64,000 nt of DNA from Burkholderiales bacterium. GTDB lineage: Bacteria > Pseudomonadota > Gammaproteobacteria > Burkholderiales > JABEVD01. Below the pieces are notes generated by a model. That model saw only the letters and a program-made list of their open reading frames with translations. It was not told where the DNA came from and searched no databases. Positions 20,401-31,707 of this stretch are shown one piece after another. Numbering within the stretch: position 1 is the stretch's first letter; each line of letters begins with the position of its first letter. A program made the translations under genes and the position numbers. The stretch is from the NCBI GenBank assembly GCA_019753155.1, contig JAIELG010000005.1, forward strand, positions 59,350-123,349, read 5' to 3'.

Positions 20401-21062
20401 TGGAAGAAAAATTGCGCAGCACCCTGGAGCGCATCGCGAAGCATCATGCCCCCGCATGCCTTGCAAGCAGCTTCGGTCTCGAGGACATGGTGCTGATCGA
20501 CATGATCGCCAGGCATGGTATAGCCATTTCCGTATTCACGCTCGATACGGGGCGCCTGCCCGAGGAAACCTATCGGCTCATGCAGAAAGTGTTCGGCGAC
20601 ACGAAAATAGAAGTCTATTTTCCGAATCAGGATGCGGTTGCGGAATATGTCGGCGAAAACGGGCCGAATGCATTTTACGATTCGGTGGAATTGCGCAAGG
20701 CCTGCTGCCGGATCAGGAAAGTCGAGCCGCTGAGACGCGCCCTTGCCGGCAAGGGCGCCTGGATCACGGGTATAAGGCGGCAACAGTCCCCGACACGGGG
20801 CGATCTCGTCGAAGCGGCTTATGACGAGGAAAACGGATTGCATAAATTCAATCCCTTGCTGGAATGGAGCGAGAAGGAAATCTGGAATTACATCCGCGCG
20901 CACGATGTCCCCTACAACGCGCTGCACGACAAGGGTTATCCCAGCATAGGCTGCGCCCCCTGCACGCGAGCCATAACCAAAGGCGAGGACATTCGCGCCG
21001 GGCGCTGGTGGTGGGAAGACACTTCGGCAAAAGAATGCGGACTTCACCTTAAAAAGGCATGA
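20397..21062 (+). CDS. cysH: APS reductase (Fe-S type CysH)
   Basis: LDTGRL, CCRIRKVEPL, YPSIGCAPCT, RAGRWWWE...KECGLH. Confidence 0.95.
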   Translation: MMEEKLRSTLERIAKHHAPACLASSFGLEDMVLIDMIARHGIAISVFTLDTGRLPEETYRLMQKVFGDTKIEVYFPNQDAVAEYVGENGPNAFYDSVELRKACCRIRKVEPLRRALAGKGAWITGIRRQQSPTRGDLVEAAYDEENGLHKFNPLLEWSEKEIWNYIRAHDVPYNALHDKGYPSIGCAPCTRAITKGEDIRAGRWWWEDTSAKECGLHLKKA

Positions 21063-21979
21063 ATATGGGAAATGTCATCCATCGCAAACTCACTCACCTC
21101 GATGTACTGGAGAGCGAATCGATCCACATCATGAGGGAAGTCGCCGCCGAATGCGGCAATCCCGCCCTCCTGTTTTCAGGGGGGAAGGATTCCATCGTGC
21201 TGCTGCGCCTTGCCGAAAAGGCTTTCCGTCCGGCCAGGTTTCCTTTTCCGCTGCTCCATATCGACACGGAGCACAATTTCCCGGAAGTGATCGCTTTCAG
21301 GGACAAGCGAGCGTTCGAACTCGGGGAGAGGCTGATCGTGCGCTCCATGGAAGACTCGATCCGCGCGAAGCGCATTGTGCTGAAAAGCCCGGACCAGAGC
21401 AGAAATGCTTTCCAGTCCGTCACCTTGCTCGATGCGATAGAGGAATTCAAGTTCGACGCCTGCATAGGCGGGGCGAGGCGCGACGAGGAAAAAGCCCGCG
21501 CCAAGGAGCGAATTTTCTCTTTCAGGGACGAATTCGGCCAGTGGGATCCGAAAAACCAGAGGCCGGAATTGTGGGATCTCTACAACACCCGCGTCCATCC
21601 CGGTGAAAACATTCGCGTGTTCCCGATCAGCAATTGGACCGAAATGGACATCTGGCAGTACATTTCGCGGGAAAAACTCGAAATTCCAGAGATCTATTTC
21701 GCGCACGAGCGCGAAGTGATCCGCAGGGGGAGCAGCCTGCTTCCTGTTTCCCGCCTGGTGAAGCCGGTCGGGGACGAGAGGGTCGAAACAATATCTGTGC
21801 GTTTCAGGACCGTGGGCGACATGACCTGCACCTGCCCTGTCGAATCCACCGCATCCACTCTGGAGGACATCATCGTGGAAACGGCGACCACGAGGATCAC
21901 TGAAAGGGGGGCGACCAGGATGGACGACCAGACTTCCGAAGCATCCATGGAACTCAGGAAAAAGGAAGGATATTTCTGA
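21059..21979 (+). CDS. cysD: Sulfate adenylyltransferase subunit 2
   Basis: LFSGGKDS, GGARRDEEKARAKER, WDPKNQRPELW, SMELRKKEGYF. Confidence 0.97.
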   Translation: MNMGNVIHRKLTHLDVLESESIHIMREVAAECGNPALLFSGGKDSIVLLRLAEKAFRPARFPFPLLHIDTEHNFPEVIAFRDKRAFELGERLIVRSMEDSIRAKRIVLKSPDQSRNAFQSVTLLDAIEEFKFDACIGGARRDEEKARAKERIFSFRDEFGQWDPKNQRPELWDLYNTRVHPGENIRVFPISNWTEMDIWQYISREKLEIPEIYFAHEREVIRRGSSLLPVSRLVKPVGDERVETISVRFRTVGDMTCTCPVESTASTLEDIIVETATTRITERGATRMDDQTSEASMELRKKEGYF

Positions 21980-23235
21980 TGAAACTGCCGAATATCGAAC
22001 TGTTGCGCTTCATCACTGCCGGAAGCGTGGACGACGGAAAAAGCACACTGATCGGGCGGCTGCTGCACGATTCGAAATCGATCTTCGAAGACCAGCTTTG
22101 CGCCATCGAAAACACCACGAAAAAGCGCGGACTCTCGGGCGTCGACCTGTCCCTCCTCACGGACGGGCTTCAGGCGGAGCGCGAGCAGGGCATCACGATA
22201 GATGTGGCTTACCGCTATTTCGCCACCCCCAAGCGCAAGTTCATCATCGCCGACACGCCGGGGCACGAGCAATACACGCGTAACATGGTGACCGGGGCTT
22301 CCACTGCCAATCTGGCGGTGATCCTGATCGATGCCAGACGCGGCGTGCTTACCCAGACGAGACGCCACGCCTACCTTGCCAGCCTCGTCGGCATCCCGCA
22401 CCTTGTCGTCGCGGTCAACAAGATGGATCTCGTCGGCTATTCGCAGAAAATATTCGATTCCATCGTGGAGGAATTCGGCCGTTTCGCTTCCAACCTGGAT
22501 CTCAGGAACGTCATTCCCATACCGATGTCCGCGCTCGAAGGCGACATGGTCGTCGATCGCGGCGAAAACATGCCCTGGTACAAGGGAGAAACGCTGATGG
22601 AAGTGCTGGAGAACATCGAGATCGGCCACGACATCAACATGGAGGATTTCCGCTTTCCCGTGCAATGGATCTGCAGGCCGCAGACCGCCGAGTGGCACGA
22701 CTTCAGGGGATACATGGGGCGTATCGAATCGGGAAGCGTCAGGACAGGGGACGAAATTACCGTCCTGCCTTCCGGGAGAACTTCCAGGATCAGGGAAATC
22801 ATGACCTACGACGGCAGGCTGATCGAAGCCATCGCCCCGCAGTCGGTCACCTTGATACTGGAAGACGAAATCGACATCTCCCGTGGCGACATGATCGTGA
22901 AATCGGATAATCTGCCCGAGCTTTCGAAGGAATACGACGCGATGCTCTGCTGGCTCTCCGACGAACCCCTGGATGTGCGGCGCAAATACCTGATCAAGCA
23001 CACGACCAAAACCGCGAAAATCATGCTGAACCGGCTCGACTACCGAGTGAACGTCAATACGCTCGAAAAGGAACCTGGGATCGAGAAGCTTGCCATGAAC
23101 GACATCGCGAGAGTGGGCTTCAAGGTTCAGCATGCCCTCGCTTCAGATGGCTACCTGAAGAACCATGCGACCGGCAGTTTCATCGTGATCGACGAAATCA
23201 CCAACAACACGGTTGCAGCAGGCATGCTGGTCTGA
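21979..23235 (+). CDS. cysN: Sulfate adenylyltransferase subunit 1
   Basis: TAGSVDDGKSTLIGRLL, AEREQGITIDVAYRYF, DTPGHEQYTRNM. Confidence 0.97.
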   Translation: MKLPNIELLRFITAGSVDDGKSTLIGRLLHDSKSIFEDQLCAIENTTKKRGLSGVDLSLLTDGLQAEREQGITIDVAYRYFATPKRKFIIADTPGHEQYTRNMVTGASTANLAVILIDARRGVLTQTRRHAYLASLVGIPHLVVAVNKMDLVGYSQKIFDSIVEEFGRFASNLDLRNVIPIPMSALEGDMVVDRGENMPWYKGETLMEVLENIEIGHDINMEDFRFPVQWICRPQTAEWHDFRGYMGRIESGSVRTGDEITVLPSGRTSRIREIMTYDGRLIEAIAPQSVTLILEDEIDISRGDMIVKSDNLPELSKEYDAMLCWLSDEPLDVRRKYLIKHTTKTAKIMLNRLDYRVNVNTLEKEPGIEKLAMNDIARVGFKVQHALASDGYLKNHATGSFIVIDEITNNTVAAGMLV

Positions 23236-23300
23236 AATATGGCCTGAAAGCTTTGCAGTTGCGCGGATAAGCAGTAAAATCGCCTATTTTCGCAAGAATT

Positions 23301-24221
23301 ATGCTGGTTTTCCGTGGGATTCCCGAAAAGGCCGAAACACCTGTTGCCCTCACGATAGGCAATTTCGACGGCGTGCATATCGGGCATCAGGCCCTGCTCT
23401 CCTGCCTTGTGCGTAACGCGGCCTCCCGCGGCCTCCCTTCCTGCATCATGACTTTCGAGCCGCATCCCAGGGAATATTTCGACCCTGAAAATGCTCCGGC
23501 GCGGCTCACCGATATGCGCGAGAAAATCTCGCTTTTCGCCGGGATCGGCATCGATCGTGTGCATATATGCCGCTTCGATGAGAAGTTCGCCAAAATTGAA
23601 GCTGCGGAATTTGCATCCAAAGTTCATTTCGGACTCGGCGCAAAATGGGTGCTGATAGGGGACGATTTCCGCTATGGTGCGAAGCGCGCCGGGGATTTTG
23701 CCTCGATGCTGGATGCCGGAAGGAAATATGGCTTCGAAGTCGAGGCGATGCATAGCGTGAAGGTCGGCGATTTTCGCGTTTCCAGCACCCTTCTGCGCGA
23801 AGCGGTCAAAGCCGGGAACTTCGATCAGGCAAAACGTTTTCTCGGGCGCAATTACAGCATAGTCGGGCGGGTCGAGCACGGCAACAGCCTAGGCAAGGCC
23901 ATAGGTTTTCCGACTGCGAACATCAGGCTCAAGCACAACAAGCCTCCGCTTTTCGGCATATATGTGGTCGAAGTTCACGGCGTCGAGGATGTTCCTGTCA
24001 GGGGGGTGGCGAGCCTGGGGGTGAGGCCCACAGTCGTCGGAAACGGAAACCCCGTGCTCGAAGTTCATCTTTTCGATTTCGGGAAAGACATCTACGGCGC
24101 TCGCCTGCGCGTCGATTTTCTGTTCAAATTGCGCGATGAGGAAAAATTTCCCGATCTTGCCGCACTCACGAGGCAGATCGGGCAGGATGCGCTCGACGCC
24201 AGACGATATTTCGAAAACTGA
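23301..24221 (+). CDS. ribF: Bifunctional riboflavin kinase/FAD synthetase
   Basis: [38 protein letters not shown]. Confidence 0.97.
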   Translation: MLVFRGIPEKAETPVALTIGNFDGVHIGHQALLSCLVRNAASRGLPSCIMTFEPHPREYFDPENAPARLTDMREKISLFAGIGIDRVHICRFDEKFAKIEAAEFASKVHFGLGAKWVLIGDDFRYGAKRAGDFASMLDAGRKYGFEVEAMHSVKVGDFRVSSTLLREAVKAGNFDQAKRFLGRNYSIVGRVEHGNSLGKAIGFPTANIRLKHNKPPLFGIYVVEVHGVEDVPVRGVASLGVRPTVVGNGNPVLEVHLFDFGKDIYGARLRVDFLFKLRDEEKFPDLAALTRQIGQDALDARRYFEN

Positions 24222-24222
24222 C

Positions 24223-26982
24223 ATGACAGATTACAAGACGACACTGAATCTCCCGGATACGCTTTTCCCCATGCGGGGCGACCTTTCGAAGCGCGAACCC
24301 GCCATGCTCGATGCGTGGAACAAGAAGTGCCTTTACCGAAAAATACGCGAAACCTGCCGGGGGCGCCCGAAATTCATCCTGCACGATGGGCCCCCCTACG
24401 CCAACGGCGACATCCATACCGGGCACGCGGTCAACAAGATATTGAAGGACATCATCGTCAAATCCAAGACCCTTGCCGGATTCGACGCGCCCTATGTTCC
24501 GGGCTGGGATTGCCATGGACTTCCGATCGAGTTGATGGTCGAGAAAAAAATCGGCAAGGAGGAAATCGAACCCGGGAAGTTCAGGCAGCTTTGCAGGGAG
24601 TATGCTGCAACCCAGGTGGAGAGCCAGAAGGCGGATTTTATCCGGCTCGGTGTGCTGGGCGACTGGGAAAATCCCTATCTCACGATGAATTTCGAAACCG
24701 AGGCGGATATCGTCAGGTCTTTGGGGAGAATTCTCGAAAACGGCCATGTCTACAAGGGACAGAAGCCTGTCAACTGGTGCATCGATTGCGGCTCCGCCCT
24801 TGCCGAAGCCGAGGTCGAATACGAGGACAAGACTTCCCCTGCGATAGATGTCTCTTTCGAGGTGGAAGACAAGGCGGCGCTCAATGCCGCATTCGGGTTG
24901 CACCTGCCTTTGGAAGCCGAAGTCTTCGCCGTGATCTGGACCACGACCCCCTGGACGCTTCCCGCAAACGAGGCGGTGTGCATTCATCCCGAATACGATT
25001 ATGCGCTCGTGGATACGCCCAAAGGATTGTTGATCCTTGCGGGCGAACTCGTGCAATCCTGCCTCGACAGATACGGCGTGGAAGGCGCCATACTTGCGAC
25101 CTGCAAGGGCGCCAGACTCGAAAAAACAGTCCTGCATCATCCTTTCCAGGAAAGGATCGTTCCCATCATTTTGGGAACCCATGTCACCCTGGAAGCGGGA
25201 ACAGGTCTCGTGCATACCGCGCCTGCCCACGGCGTAGACGATTATCTCGTCGGCCTGGAATACCGGCTCCTGGTCGAAAATCCGGTCGGGGGAAACGGAA
25301 GATTTTTCGATAGCGTCCCCCTCGTGGGCGGGCTTTCCGTGTGGAAAGCGAATGCGGTCCTGATCGAGGCACTGGAAAACAGCGGGCATCTTTTGAAGCA
25401 TGAGGCGATCAGGCACAGCTATCCCCATTGCTGGCGCCACAAGAGCCCCATCATCTTCCGCGCCACGCCCCAATGGTTCATCGGCATGGACTCGGGCGAT
25501 GAGTCCCTGAGGGAAATTGCATCCCGTGCGGTCGAGCATACCGAATTCTTCCCGGCATGGGGCAGGGCGAGGCTGGAGGGTATGATAGCGAAAAGACCGG
25601 ACTGGTGCATTTCGCGCCAGAGGAACTGGGGCGTTCCCATTCCATTTTTCGTCCACAGGGAAACCGGGGAACTGCACCCGAACACGCCGGAACTGCTGGA
25701 GCTGGTCGCGCAGAGGATAGAAGGGGCGGGGATAGAAGCCTGGTTCGGACTCGACCCGGCGGAACTCGGCGTCGATGCATCCTACGAAAAAATGCGGGAT
25801 ACCCTGGATGTCTGGTTCGATTCCGGGACCACGCATTTTTCGGTTTTGAGGCGCAGGGAAGATCTCGCCTATCCGGCCGACCTCTATCTCGAAGGCTCGG
25901 ACCAGCACAGGGGATGGTTCCAGTCATCGCTCCTTTCGGGCTGCGCCATCGACGCGCGCGCGCCCTACAGGACCCTGCTCACCCATGGCTTCGTGGTGGA
26001 TGCCCAGGGCCACAAGATGAGTAAATCCAAGGGAAATGTCGTGAGTCCGCAGAAAGTCATGGGCTCGCTTGGGGCGGACATCCTGCGCCTGTGGGTCGCG
26101 TCGACCGATTATTCGGGGGAACTCACGATATCCGACGAAATCCTGAAAAGGGTGACGGAGAGCTATCGCAGGATCAGGAACACGGTGCGCTTCCTGCTCG
26201 CAAACCTTGCCGATTTCGATTTTCAGCGGGATGCGCTTCCCCTTGAAAAATGGCTGGAAATCGACCGCTACGCGCTCGCCCTGAGCGCATCCTTGCAGCG
26301 GGAACTGACCGGGCATTACGAAAAATACGAATTCCATGTCATCGCCCAGCGCCTGCATCATTTCTGCTCCGAAGACTTGGGCGGCTTTTACCTCGATATC
26401 CTGAAAGACAGGCTCTACACTTCGGGGGGGAACTCCTCCGCGCGCCGCTCGGCTCAGAATGCGCTCTACCATGTGCTGCAGAGCCTGATCCGGCTCCTCG
26501 CGCCCATACTCTCCTTCACGTCCGAAGAGGCATGGGAATTTTTCACGGGGTCCGGCGAAGAAAGCGTGTTTTTCCACATCTGGCACGAATTTCCTGAGGT
26601 TGCAGATTCGGCCCATCTGCTTTCGAAATGGGAAAAGTTGCGCGAATACCGCGGCGAAGCCCAGAAGCATCTGGAGGACGCGAGACAGTCCAATCTTATC
26701 GGCTCTTCCCTTGCGGCCGAAATCGAAATCAGGGCGAGCGGGGAAAAATTCGCGCTGCTCGATTCCCTGGCGGACGACCTGCGCTTCGTGCTCGTGACAT
26801 CGAAGACGACGCTCGTGCAATCGGATGAAGAAAAGATCCTGGTGAGCGCAAGTCCCCATGAGAAATGCGAGCGCTGCTGGCATTACCGGGAGGATGTCGG
26901 AATCGATCCCGCTCATCCTGCCATCTGCGGGCGCTGCGTGAGCAATCTTTACGGGGAAGGCGAGGCAAGAACCCATGCTTGA
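24223..26982 (+). CDS. ileS: Isoleucine--tRNA ligase (type 1)
   Basis: [35 protein letters not shown]-terminal CERC...CGRC zinc finger. Confidence 0.98.
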   Translation: MTDYKTTLNLPDTLFPMRGDLSKREPAMLDAWNKKCLYRKIRETCRGRPKFILHDGPPYANGDIHTGHAVNKILKDIIVKSKTLAGFDAPYVPGWDCHGLPIELMVEKKIGKEEIEPGKFRQLCREYAATQVESQKADFIRLGVLGDWENPYLTMNFETEADIVRSLGRILENGHVYKGQKPVNWCIDCGSALAEAEVEYEDKTSPAIDVSFEVEDKAALNAAFGLHLPLEAEVFAVIWTTTPWTLPANEAVCIHPEYDYALVDTPKGLLILAGELVQSCLDRYGVEGAILATCKGARLEKTVLHHPFQERIVPIILGTHVTLEAGTGLVHTAPAHGVDDYLVGLEYRLLVENPVGGNGRFFDSVPLVGGLSVWKANAVLIEALENSGHLLKHEAIRHSYPHCWRHKSPIIFRATPQWFIGMDSGDESLREIASRAVEHTEFFPAWGRARLEGMIAKRPDWCISRQRNWGVPIPFFVHRETGELHPNTPELLELVAQRIEGAGIEAWFGLDPAELGVDASYEKMRDTLDVWFDSGTTHFSVLRRREDLAYPADLYLEGSDQHRGWFQSSLLSGCAIDARAPYRTLLTHGFVVDAQGHKMSKSKGNVVSPQKVMGSLGADILRLWVASTDYSGELTISDEILKRVTESYRRIRNTVRFLLANLADFDFQRDALPLEKWLEIDRYALALSASLQRELTGHYEKYEFHVIAQRLHHFCSEDLGGFYLDILKDRLYTSGGNSSARRSAQNALYHVLQSLIRLLAPILSFTSEEAWEFFTGSGEESVFFHIWHEFPEVADSAHLLSKWEKLREYRGEAQKHLEDARQSNLIGSSLAAEIEIRASGEKFALLDSLADDLRFVLVTSKTTLVQSDEEKILVSASPHEKCERCWHYREDVGIDPAHPAICGRCVSNLYGEGEARTHA

Positions 26983-27442
26983 GTGGACGCGCTGGCTCGC
27001 TGTGAGCTTTATCGTCGTTCTCCTCGATCAGGCGAGCAAGCTCCAGATCGTGCATGCGCTTACCGAACAGGGGGAAGTCGTTCTTGCGCCTGTTTTCAGT
27101 CTGGTGCTCTTCTACAACGAGGGGGCTGCGTTCAGCTTCCTCAATGATGCGGGTGGATGGCAGCGCGGCTTTTTCATGCTCATCGCTGCGGCAGCTTCCG
27201 TCCTGATCCTGTATCTACTGAAAAAACACAGGGGCGAGATCCTTTACAGCTTCGCACTGAGTCTCATCCTGGGCGGGGCGCTGGGGAATCTTCTCGATCG
27301 CATCAGAATAGGGCATGTCGTTGATTTCATGGATTTCCATATCGCACACCATCATTTCCCCGCATTCAATCTTGCCGACTCGGCCATCACCCTGGGTGCC
27401 GCGCTATTGATACTGGAGAGCATGAGGAAGGGCAAGTCGTGA
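26975..27442 (+). CDS. lspA: Lipoprotein signal peptidase
   Basis: [34 protein letters not shown]. Confidence 0.97.
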   Translation: MLEWTRWLAVSFIVVLLDQASKLQIVHALTEQGEVVLAPVFSLVLFYNEGAAFSFLNDAGGWQRGFFMLIAAAASVLILYLLKKHRGEILYSFALSLILGGALGNLLDRIRIGHVVDFMDFHIAHHHFPAFNLADSAITLGAALLILESMRKGKS

Positions 27443-28365
27443 ACGTGCTGCTCGCCAACCCCAGAGGGTTCTGCGCAGGAGTGGACCGGGCGATAGAAAT
27501 CGTGGAGCGCGCGCTTGCCAATTTCGGCGCGCCGATTTACGTGCGGCATGAAGTTGTTCACAACAGGTTCGTGGTCGATGACCTCAAGAGAAAGGGAGCG
27601 ATATTTATCGAGGATATCTCCCAGGTTCCCAAAGGCAGCACGTTAATCTTCAGCGCCCATGGGGTACCCCAGTCTGTGCGCAGGCTGGCCGAAGAAATGG
27701 GATTCAGGTTGTTCGATGCGACCTGCCCGCTCGTCACCAAGGTCCATGTCGAAGTGGTCAGAATGCGCGAACAGGGCAAGGAAATCGTCATGATAGGCCA
27801 TGCCGGGCATCCGGAAGTGGAAGGCACCATGGGGCAGTCTTCCGGCGGCATGTATCTCGTGGAAAAGCCCGAGGATGTCGAAAGCCTGGAAGTCGAAAAT
27901 CCGGAAAATCTTGCATTCGTGACGCAGACCACGCTTTCCGTGGACGATGCGGCAAAAATCATCGAGGCGCTCAAGGCGAGATTTCCGAATATAAGCGGGC
28001 CGAGAAAGGACGATATCTGCTACGCCACGCAGAATCGCCAGGATGCGGTCAAGATGCTGTCGAGTCAATGCGATCTCGTCATTGTGGTCGGTTCTCCCAA
28101 CAGTTCCAACTCGAACAGGTTGCGCGAAGTCGCAAAATCCCGCGGGGTGGAGTCCTACATGATAGACAATGCGGGCGAACTGAAAGGGGAATGGCTTTTC
28201 GGGAAAAGCCGGGTAGGCGTCACGGCAGGGGCTTCCGCTCCCGAAGCGCTGGTTGTCGAGGTGATCGAGAAACTGAAGGCGCTGGGCGCGACGGAGGTGT
28301 CGCAATTGCAGGGCATCCTCGAACATGTTTCCTTTCCGATTCCGAAACAGTTGACGGGGCAGTAA
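27439..28365 (+). CDS. ispH: 4-hydroxy-3-methylbut-2-enyl diphosphate reductase
   Basis: [36 protein letters not shown]. Confidence 0.98.
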   Translation: MNVLLANPRGFCAGVDRAIEIVERALANFGAPIYVRHEVVHNRFVVDDLKRKGAIFIEDISQVPKGSTLIFSAHGVPQSVRRLAEEMGFRLFDATCPLVTKVHVEVVRMREQGKEIVMIGHAGHPEVEGTMGQSSGGMYLVEKPEDVESLEVENPENLAFVTQTTLSVDDAAKIIEALKARFPNISGPRKDDICYATQNRQDAVKMLSSQCDLVIVVGSPNSSNSNRLREVAKSRGVESYMIDNAGELKGEWLFGKSRVGVTAGASAPEALVVEVIEKLKALGATEVSQLQGILEHVSFPIPKQLTGQ

Positions 28366-28449
28366 ATGCTTATGCTGCTTTCCGTTCAGCTTCATGACGG
28401 TTCCCATGCGTATGGTCTACAATGATTCGAGATAATCCAGGAGACGCTC

Positions 28450-29532
28450 ATGACAGACCTTTTTTCACCGATTCGCCTCGGAAAAACCGAACTTCCCAAC
28501 CGCATCGTGATGTCGTCCCTGACGCGCAACCGGGCAGGGAGAGGCAACGTGCCGACGGACCTCGTCGCGGAATATTACCGCCAGCGCGCATCCGCCGGGC
28601 TTATTCTGACGGAGGCTTCCCCGATCTGCCCCGAGGGCCACGGCTATCCCCGCACGCCAGGCATCCATAGCGCGGAGCAGATCGAAGGATGGAAAAAGGT
28701 CACCCGTGCAGTCCACGATGCGGGGGGCAGGATCGCGATTCAGCTCTGGCATGTCGGACGCATTTCCCACCCCGATCTGCAGCCGGATGGCGCGCTGCCT
28801 GTCGCCCCTTCCGCGCTGAAACCGGCTGGACAGGCGTTCACTTTCGAAGGAATGAAGGACTATTTCACGCCAAGAGCGCTCGAAACTTCCGAGATCCCCG
28901 GCCTCGTATCGAATTACGCGAGGGCTGCGAAAAACGCGATGGAAGCGGGTTTCGACGGGATCGAGATCCATGCCGGAAACGGCTACCTGCTCGACCAGTT
29001 CCTGCGTTCATCCACGAACAGGCGCACCGACATCTACGGCGGATCGAAGGAAAACCGGGCTCGCCTCCTCCTGGAAGTGCTGGATGCGGTGTGCGCTGAA
29101 ATCGGCCATGGACGGGTCGGGGTGCGTCTGTCACCGGTGACGCCATTCAATGACATATCGGACGAGGCGCCGCAGGAAACCTTTGAATATGTCGTCGCGG
29201 AGATCAACCGCTTCGACCTCGCTTTTCTCGACCTGCTCGAGGGCACGGGCGGGGCGCCGAAAGAAGCATGGCTTCCCTTCGATTACGATAGCCTGCGCGC
29301 CATCTACAGGGGTAATCTGATCCGCAACAACGGCTATGATCTGGCGAGCGCGCAAGATGCGATATCGACCGGAAAAGCCGACGCCATCGCGTTTGGCAGG
29401 CTGCTCCTTGCCAACCCCGATCTCGTCGAACGCTTCAGGGTGGGTGCCGCGCTTAATGCGCCGGATTACGAGAGGCTCTACTTCGGGGAAGAAAAAGGCT
29501 ATACCGACTACCCCTTTCTCATCATATCCTGA
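28450..29532 (+). CDS. nemA: Old yellow enzyme / N-ethylmaleimide reductase-like alkene reductase
   Basis: YYRQRASAGLILTEA, QLWHVGR, EIHAGNGYLLDQF, ANPDL, GYTDYP. Confidence 0.88.
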   Translation: MTDLFSPIRLGKTELPNRIVMSSLTRNRAGRGNVPTDLVAEYYRQRASAGLILTEASPICPEGHGYPRTPGIHSAEQIEGWKKVTRAVHDAGGRIAIQLWHVGRISHPDLQPDGALPVAPSALKPAGQAFTFEGMKDYFTPRALETSEIPGLVSNYARAAKNAMEAGFDGIEIHAGNGYLLDQFLRSSTNRRTDIYGGSKENRARLLLEVLDAVCAEIGHGRVGVRLSPVTPFNDISDEAPQETFEYVVAEINRFDLAFLDLLEGTGGAPKEAWLPFDYDSLRAIYRGNLIRNNGYDLASAQDAISTGKADAIAFGRLLLANPDLVERFRVGAALNAPDYERLYFGEEKGYTDYPFLIIS

Positions 29533-29839
29533 GATTCGAAGGGACCGCGCTTTCCTCGAGCTTGGCGATCCGCTCGTTGAGCCGCGCAAGCTGGTCGGCG
29601 TCTTCCCGCTCGCCGGCGGTGGAGCAGAGGTAGGAATTCGTCATCCACCAGTCGATGCCCATTTCCCTCGCCTTGTCGACCGAGCACACCAGCAGCCGGA
29701 TCTGGATCGTGAGCAACTCGATATCCACGAGCTTGATCTTGATATCGCCGGCGATGACGAGTCCCTTGTCCAGGATGCGTTCCAGCACGTCGGCGAGCGT
29801 TGCCGATTCCGTTCCGTGGGCGATCTGTTTACCGGCCAT
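29522..29839 (-). CDS. gvpJ: Gas vesicle protein GvpJ (GvpA family)
   Basis: TLADVLERILDKGLVIAGDI...ELLTIQIRLLVCSVDKAREMGIDWW; start set at MAGKQ. Confidence 0.88.
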   Translation of the reverse strand: MAGKQIAHGTESATLADVLERILDKGLVIAGDIKIKLVDIELLTIQIRLLVCSVDKAREMGIDWWMTNSYLCSTAGEREDADQLARLNERIAKLEESAVPSNLRI

Positions 29840-29887
29840 GCCGCGTTTCTCCATCCATGGCGCATGCGCCGTTGGCAACTCTTACGA

Positions 29888-30160
29888 TCATAGCAGTTTC
29901 CCCAATGGGCCGAGATCGAGGTTCAAGTCCTCGTCTTTCAGGCCGAATTCCTTTTTGAGCCAGACCATTTGCTCGTCCAGCCTGAGCAATGTCAGGCCAA
30001 GCCGCTCGATCTCCTCTTCCGTCAGCGAGCCGCCCTCCATTCTGCGAACTGCCTGGCGCTCCAGCAGTTGCCGGATCAGTTCGATTATGGCAAGAACGAG
30101 CTGGCCGAGTCCCTTCTGGATGTTTTCCGGATCGAGCCTGATTTGTGGAGAAGTTTCCAT
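29888..30160 (-). CDS. gvpK: Gas vesicle protein GvpK
   Basis: GLGQLVLAIIELIRQLLERQAVRRMEGGSL...DLNLDLGPLGKLL. Confidence 0.93.
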   Translation of the reverse strand: METSPQIRLDPENIQKGLGQLVLAIIELIRQLLERQAVRRMEGGSLTEEEIERLGLTLLRLDEQMVWLKKEFGLKDEDLNLDLGPLGKLL

Positions 30161-30163
30161 AAG

Positions 30164-30343
30164 TTAGCTGCGCAAAGTAAGCTTGATCTCGTTGGCGGTT
30201 TCGACCGAGGTCAGTGTCAGTTGAAGGCCTAGATAAAGCAGGTCGATGTCAGCGACGGAGATCACGATCTCCCCCGACACCACCGCCCCCTTGTTCAACA
30301 CCCGATCCAGGGTTTCGCATAATGAGATATTCTGGTTTGTCAC
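30164..30343 (-). CDS. Small GvpA-family protein (GvpS/GvpM-like), 59 aa, absent from the ORF track
   Basis: GTG start; MTNQNISLCETLDRVLNKGAVVSGEIVISVADIDLLYLGLQLTLTSVETANEIKLTLRS. Confidence 0.88.
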   Translation of the reverse strand: MTNQNISLCETLDRVLNKGAVVSGEIVISVADIDLLYLGLQLTLTSVETANEIKLTLRS

Positions 30344-30349
30344 AGCCGT

Positions 30350-30619
30350 CTATACCAGGCGTTCATAGATGCTGCGTGCTTCGCGCCTCGCCCCGCTGCG
30401 CTCGTAAGACATGGCAAGGTCGAGCAGGGCTTTTCGCGCTACCTGAGCCTGCGGCGTGCCGGAGAAATCCTCGACCAGTTCCCAGAACATCTCCATCGCC
30501 TGCCTCACGCTCCCCTCGCTCCGGTATGTCTGCGCCATGGACAGAAGTCTCTCCAGCACGGCCAGATCGACATCGTCGGATTCGTGAGTTTCAGGTATCG
30601 CTCCATTGTCGGGCGTCAT
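30350..30619 (-). CDS. Small helical TPR-like protein within the gvp operon
   Basis: LLSMAQTYRSEG..RQAMEMFWELVEDFSGTPQA...LAMSYERSG..REARSIYERL; tight spacing with neighbours. Confidence 0.75.
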   Translation of the reverse strand: MTPDNGAIPETHESDDVDLAVLERLLSMAQTYRSEGSVRQAMEMFWELVEDFSGTPQAQVARKALLDLAMSYERSGARREARSIYERLV

Positions 30620-30620
30620 C

Positions 30621-31376
30621 CTAGTCTGCTCCCTCGCTTAAATCGGAACCGTCGACAAAATTGTAGGGACTCCATGGGCCGTTGAAGTCGAATGCAAAAC
30701 TGTCGTCGAAAAGGTGGGCCGCTTCGAAAACCCCGTCCTCGAAGCGCTTCTGTGCATCACGATCTATCAGGCAGGCGAGCCGCATGACTTCCCGCTCTTC
30801 CCGCAACTTGTTTTCCTTGATTTCCACGCAATGCGGGGAAAGCACCTTGATCACGGCATCCGTGTGCGCCTGCCGCTCATCGAGGAGCAACTGGTCGAAG
30901 AGGCGCCCAAGCGCGATTTTTTCATCCCGTGAAGGCTGCCGCCGCCTGAGGTAAAGGTCATCCCGCAATGACATCAGATCGGCGTGGCGGGAGACGAAAT
31001 ATTCGAAAACATTCGGCACGTCCCAGGCCACGCGCAGCCCCATCTCGACTTTCCCCTTCACATGCTGCAAATGCGCCTGAAAGGAGTCCTTGTTCGTGCG
31101 CAGGACTTTCTGCAGCGCTTTCGGACTCGATGCGATGGTGCCGAACGCCATGGGCAGGACAGTGCCTTCTTCCATCAGTTTCGCGATGACGGCATGGTGC
31201 GCCGCCAGTTTTGCGCGTTCGGGCCTCACCCGTTTGTCGGTGACATCGCTTACGATCGCAGCGAGCGGGCCTTCCGAAATGGCATAGACCTGCGCGCCTT
31301 CCAGTCCGATCTTGCCGTAGGTGTGAGCCTCGCCCTGGTCCGTTATGGCGTAGACATACTTTGCCGGATAGGTCAT
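30621..31376 (-). CDS. gvpF: Gas vesicle protein GvpF (GvpL/F family)
   Basis: KYVYAI, HHAVI...TVLPMAFGT, GKVEMGLRV, GPWSPYNFV. Confidence 0.92.
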   Translation of the reverse strand: MTYPAKYVYAITDQGEAHTYGKIGLEGAQVYAISEGPLAAIVSDVTDKRVRPERAKLAAHHAVIAKLMEEGTVLPMAFGTIASSPKALQKVLRTNKDSFQAHLQHVKGKVEMGLRVAWDVPNVFEYFVSRHADLMSLRDDLYLRRRQPSRDEKIALGRLFDQLLLDERQAHTDAVIKVLSPHCVEIKENKLREEREVMRLACLIDRDAQKRFEDGVFEAAHLFDDSFAFDFNGPWSPYNFVDGSDLSEGAD

Positions 31377-31386
31377 ATGTGATGTC

Positions 31387-31707
31387 TCAGTAACTCAGGC
31401 GTCTTCTTTTCAGTCTGTCCTGCGGCGCCTCATGGATCTTGAAATCAGAGGCTTCGACAGGTTTCTCGGCTTGCGCAGCGGGCACGAACTGCTTGAGCCT
31501 GTTCTGCTTGGCTTCGATTTCCCCCAGCCGTACTCTGATGTCGGCGCAACGACGCTCGGAGCGCTGAACTTCGCTTGCAAGCCTCGTTTTTTCCATTTCC
31601 AGCATGGAAAGCTCCAGCAAGGCGCCATAAGAAGTCCTGGCCCTCCGCCCGTCGACCAACTGCCCCATGGTCTTGACTTGTCGAATGCTTTTGCGCTCAT
31701 TTGCCAT
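31387..31707 (-). CDS. Coiled-coil gas vesicle accessory protein (GvpV-like)
   Basis: Immediately after gvpN; YGALLELSMLEMEKTRL coiled coil; start at MANERK. Confidence 0.65.
   Translation of the reverse strand: MANERKSIRQVKTMGQLVDGRRARTSYGALLELSMLEMEKTRLASEVQRSERRCADIRVRLGEIEAKQNRLKQFVPAAQAEKPVEASDFKIHEAPQDRLKRRRLSY

Noticed and set aside
24166..26976. Long minus-strand ORFs opposite ileS
   Set aside because: Antisense shadows with no protein-like features
28405..28425. NemR-like half-site GGTCTA upstream of the nemA-like gene
   Set aside because: Only one half-site, and it does not match the local TetR palindrome
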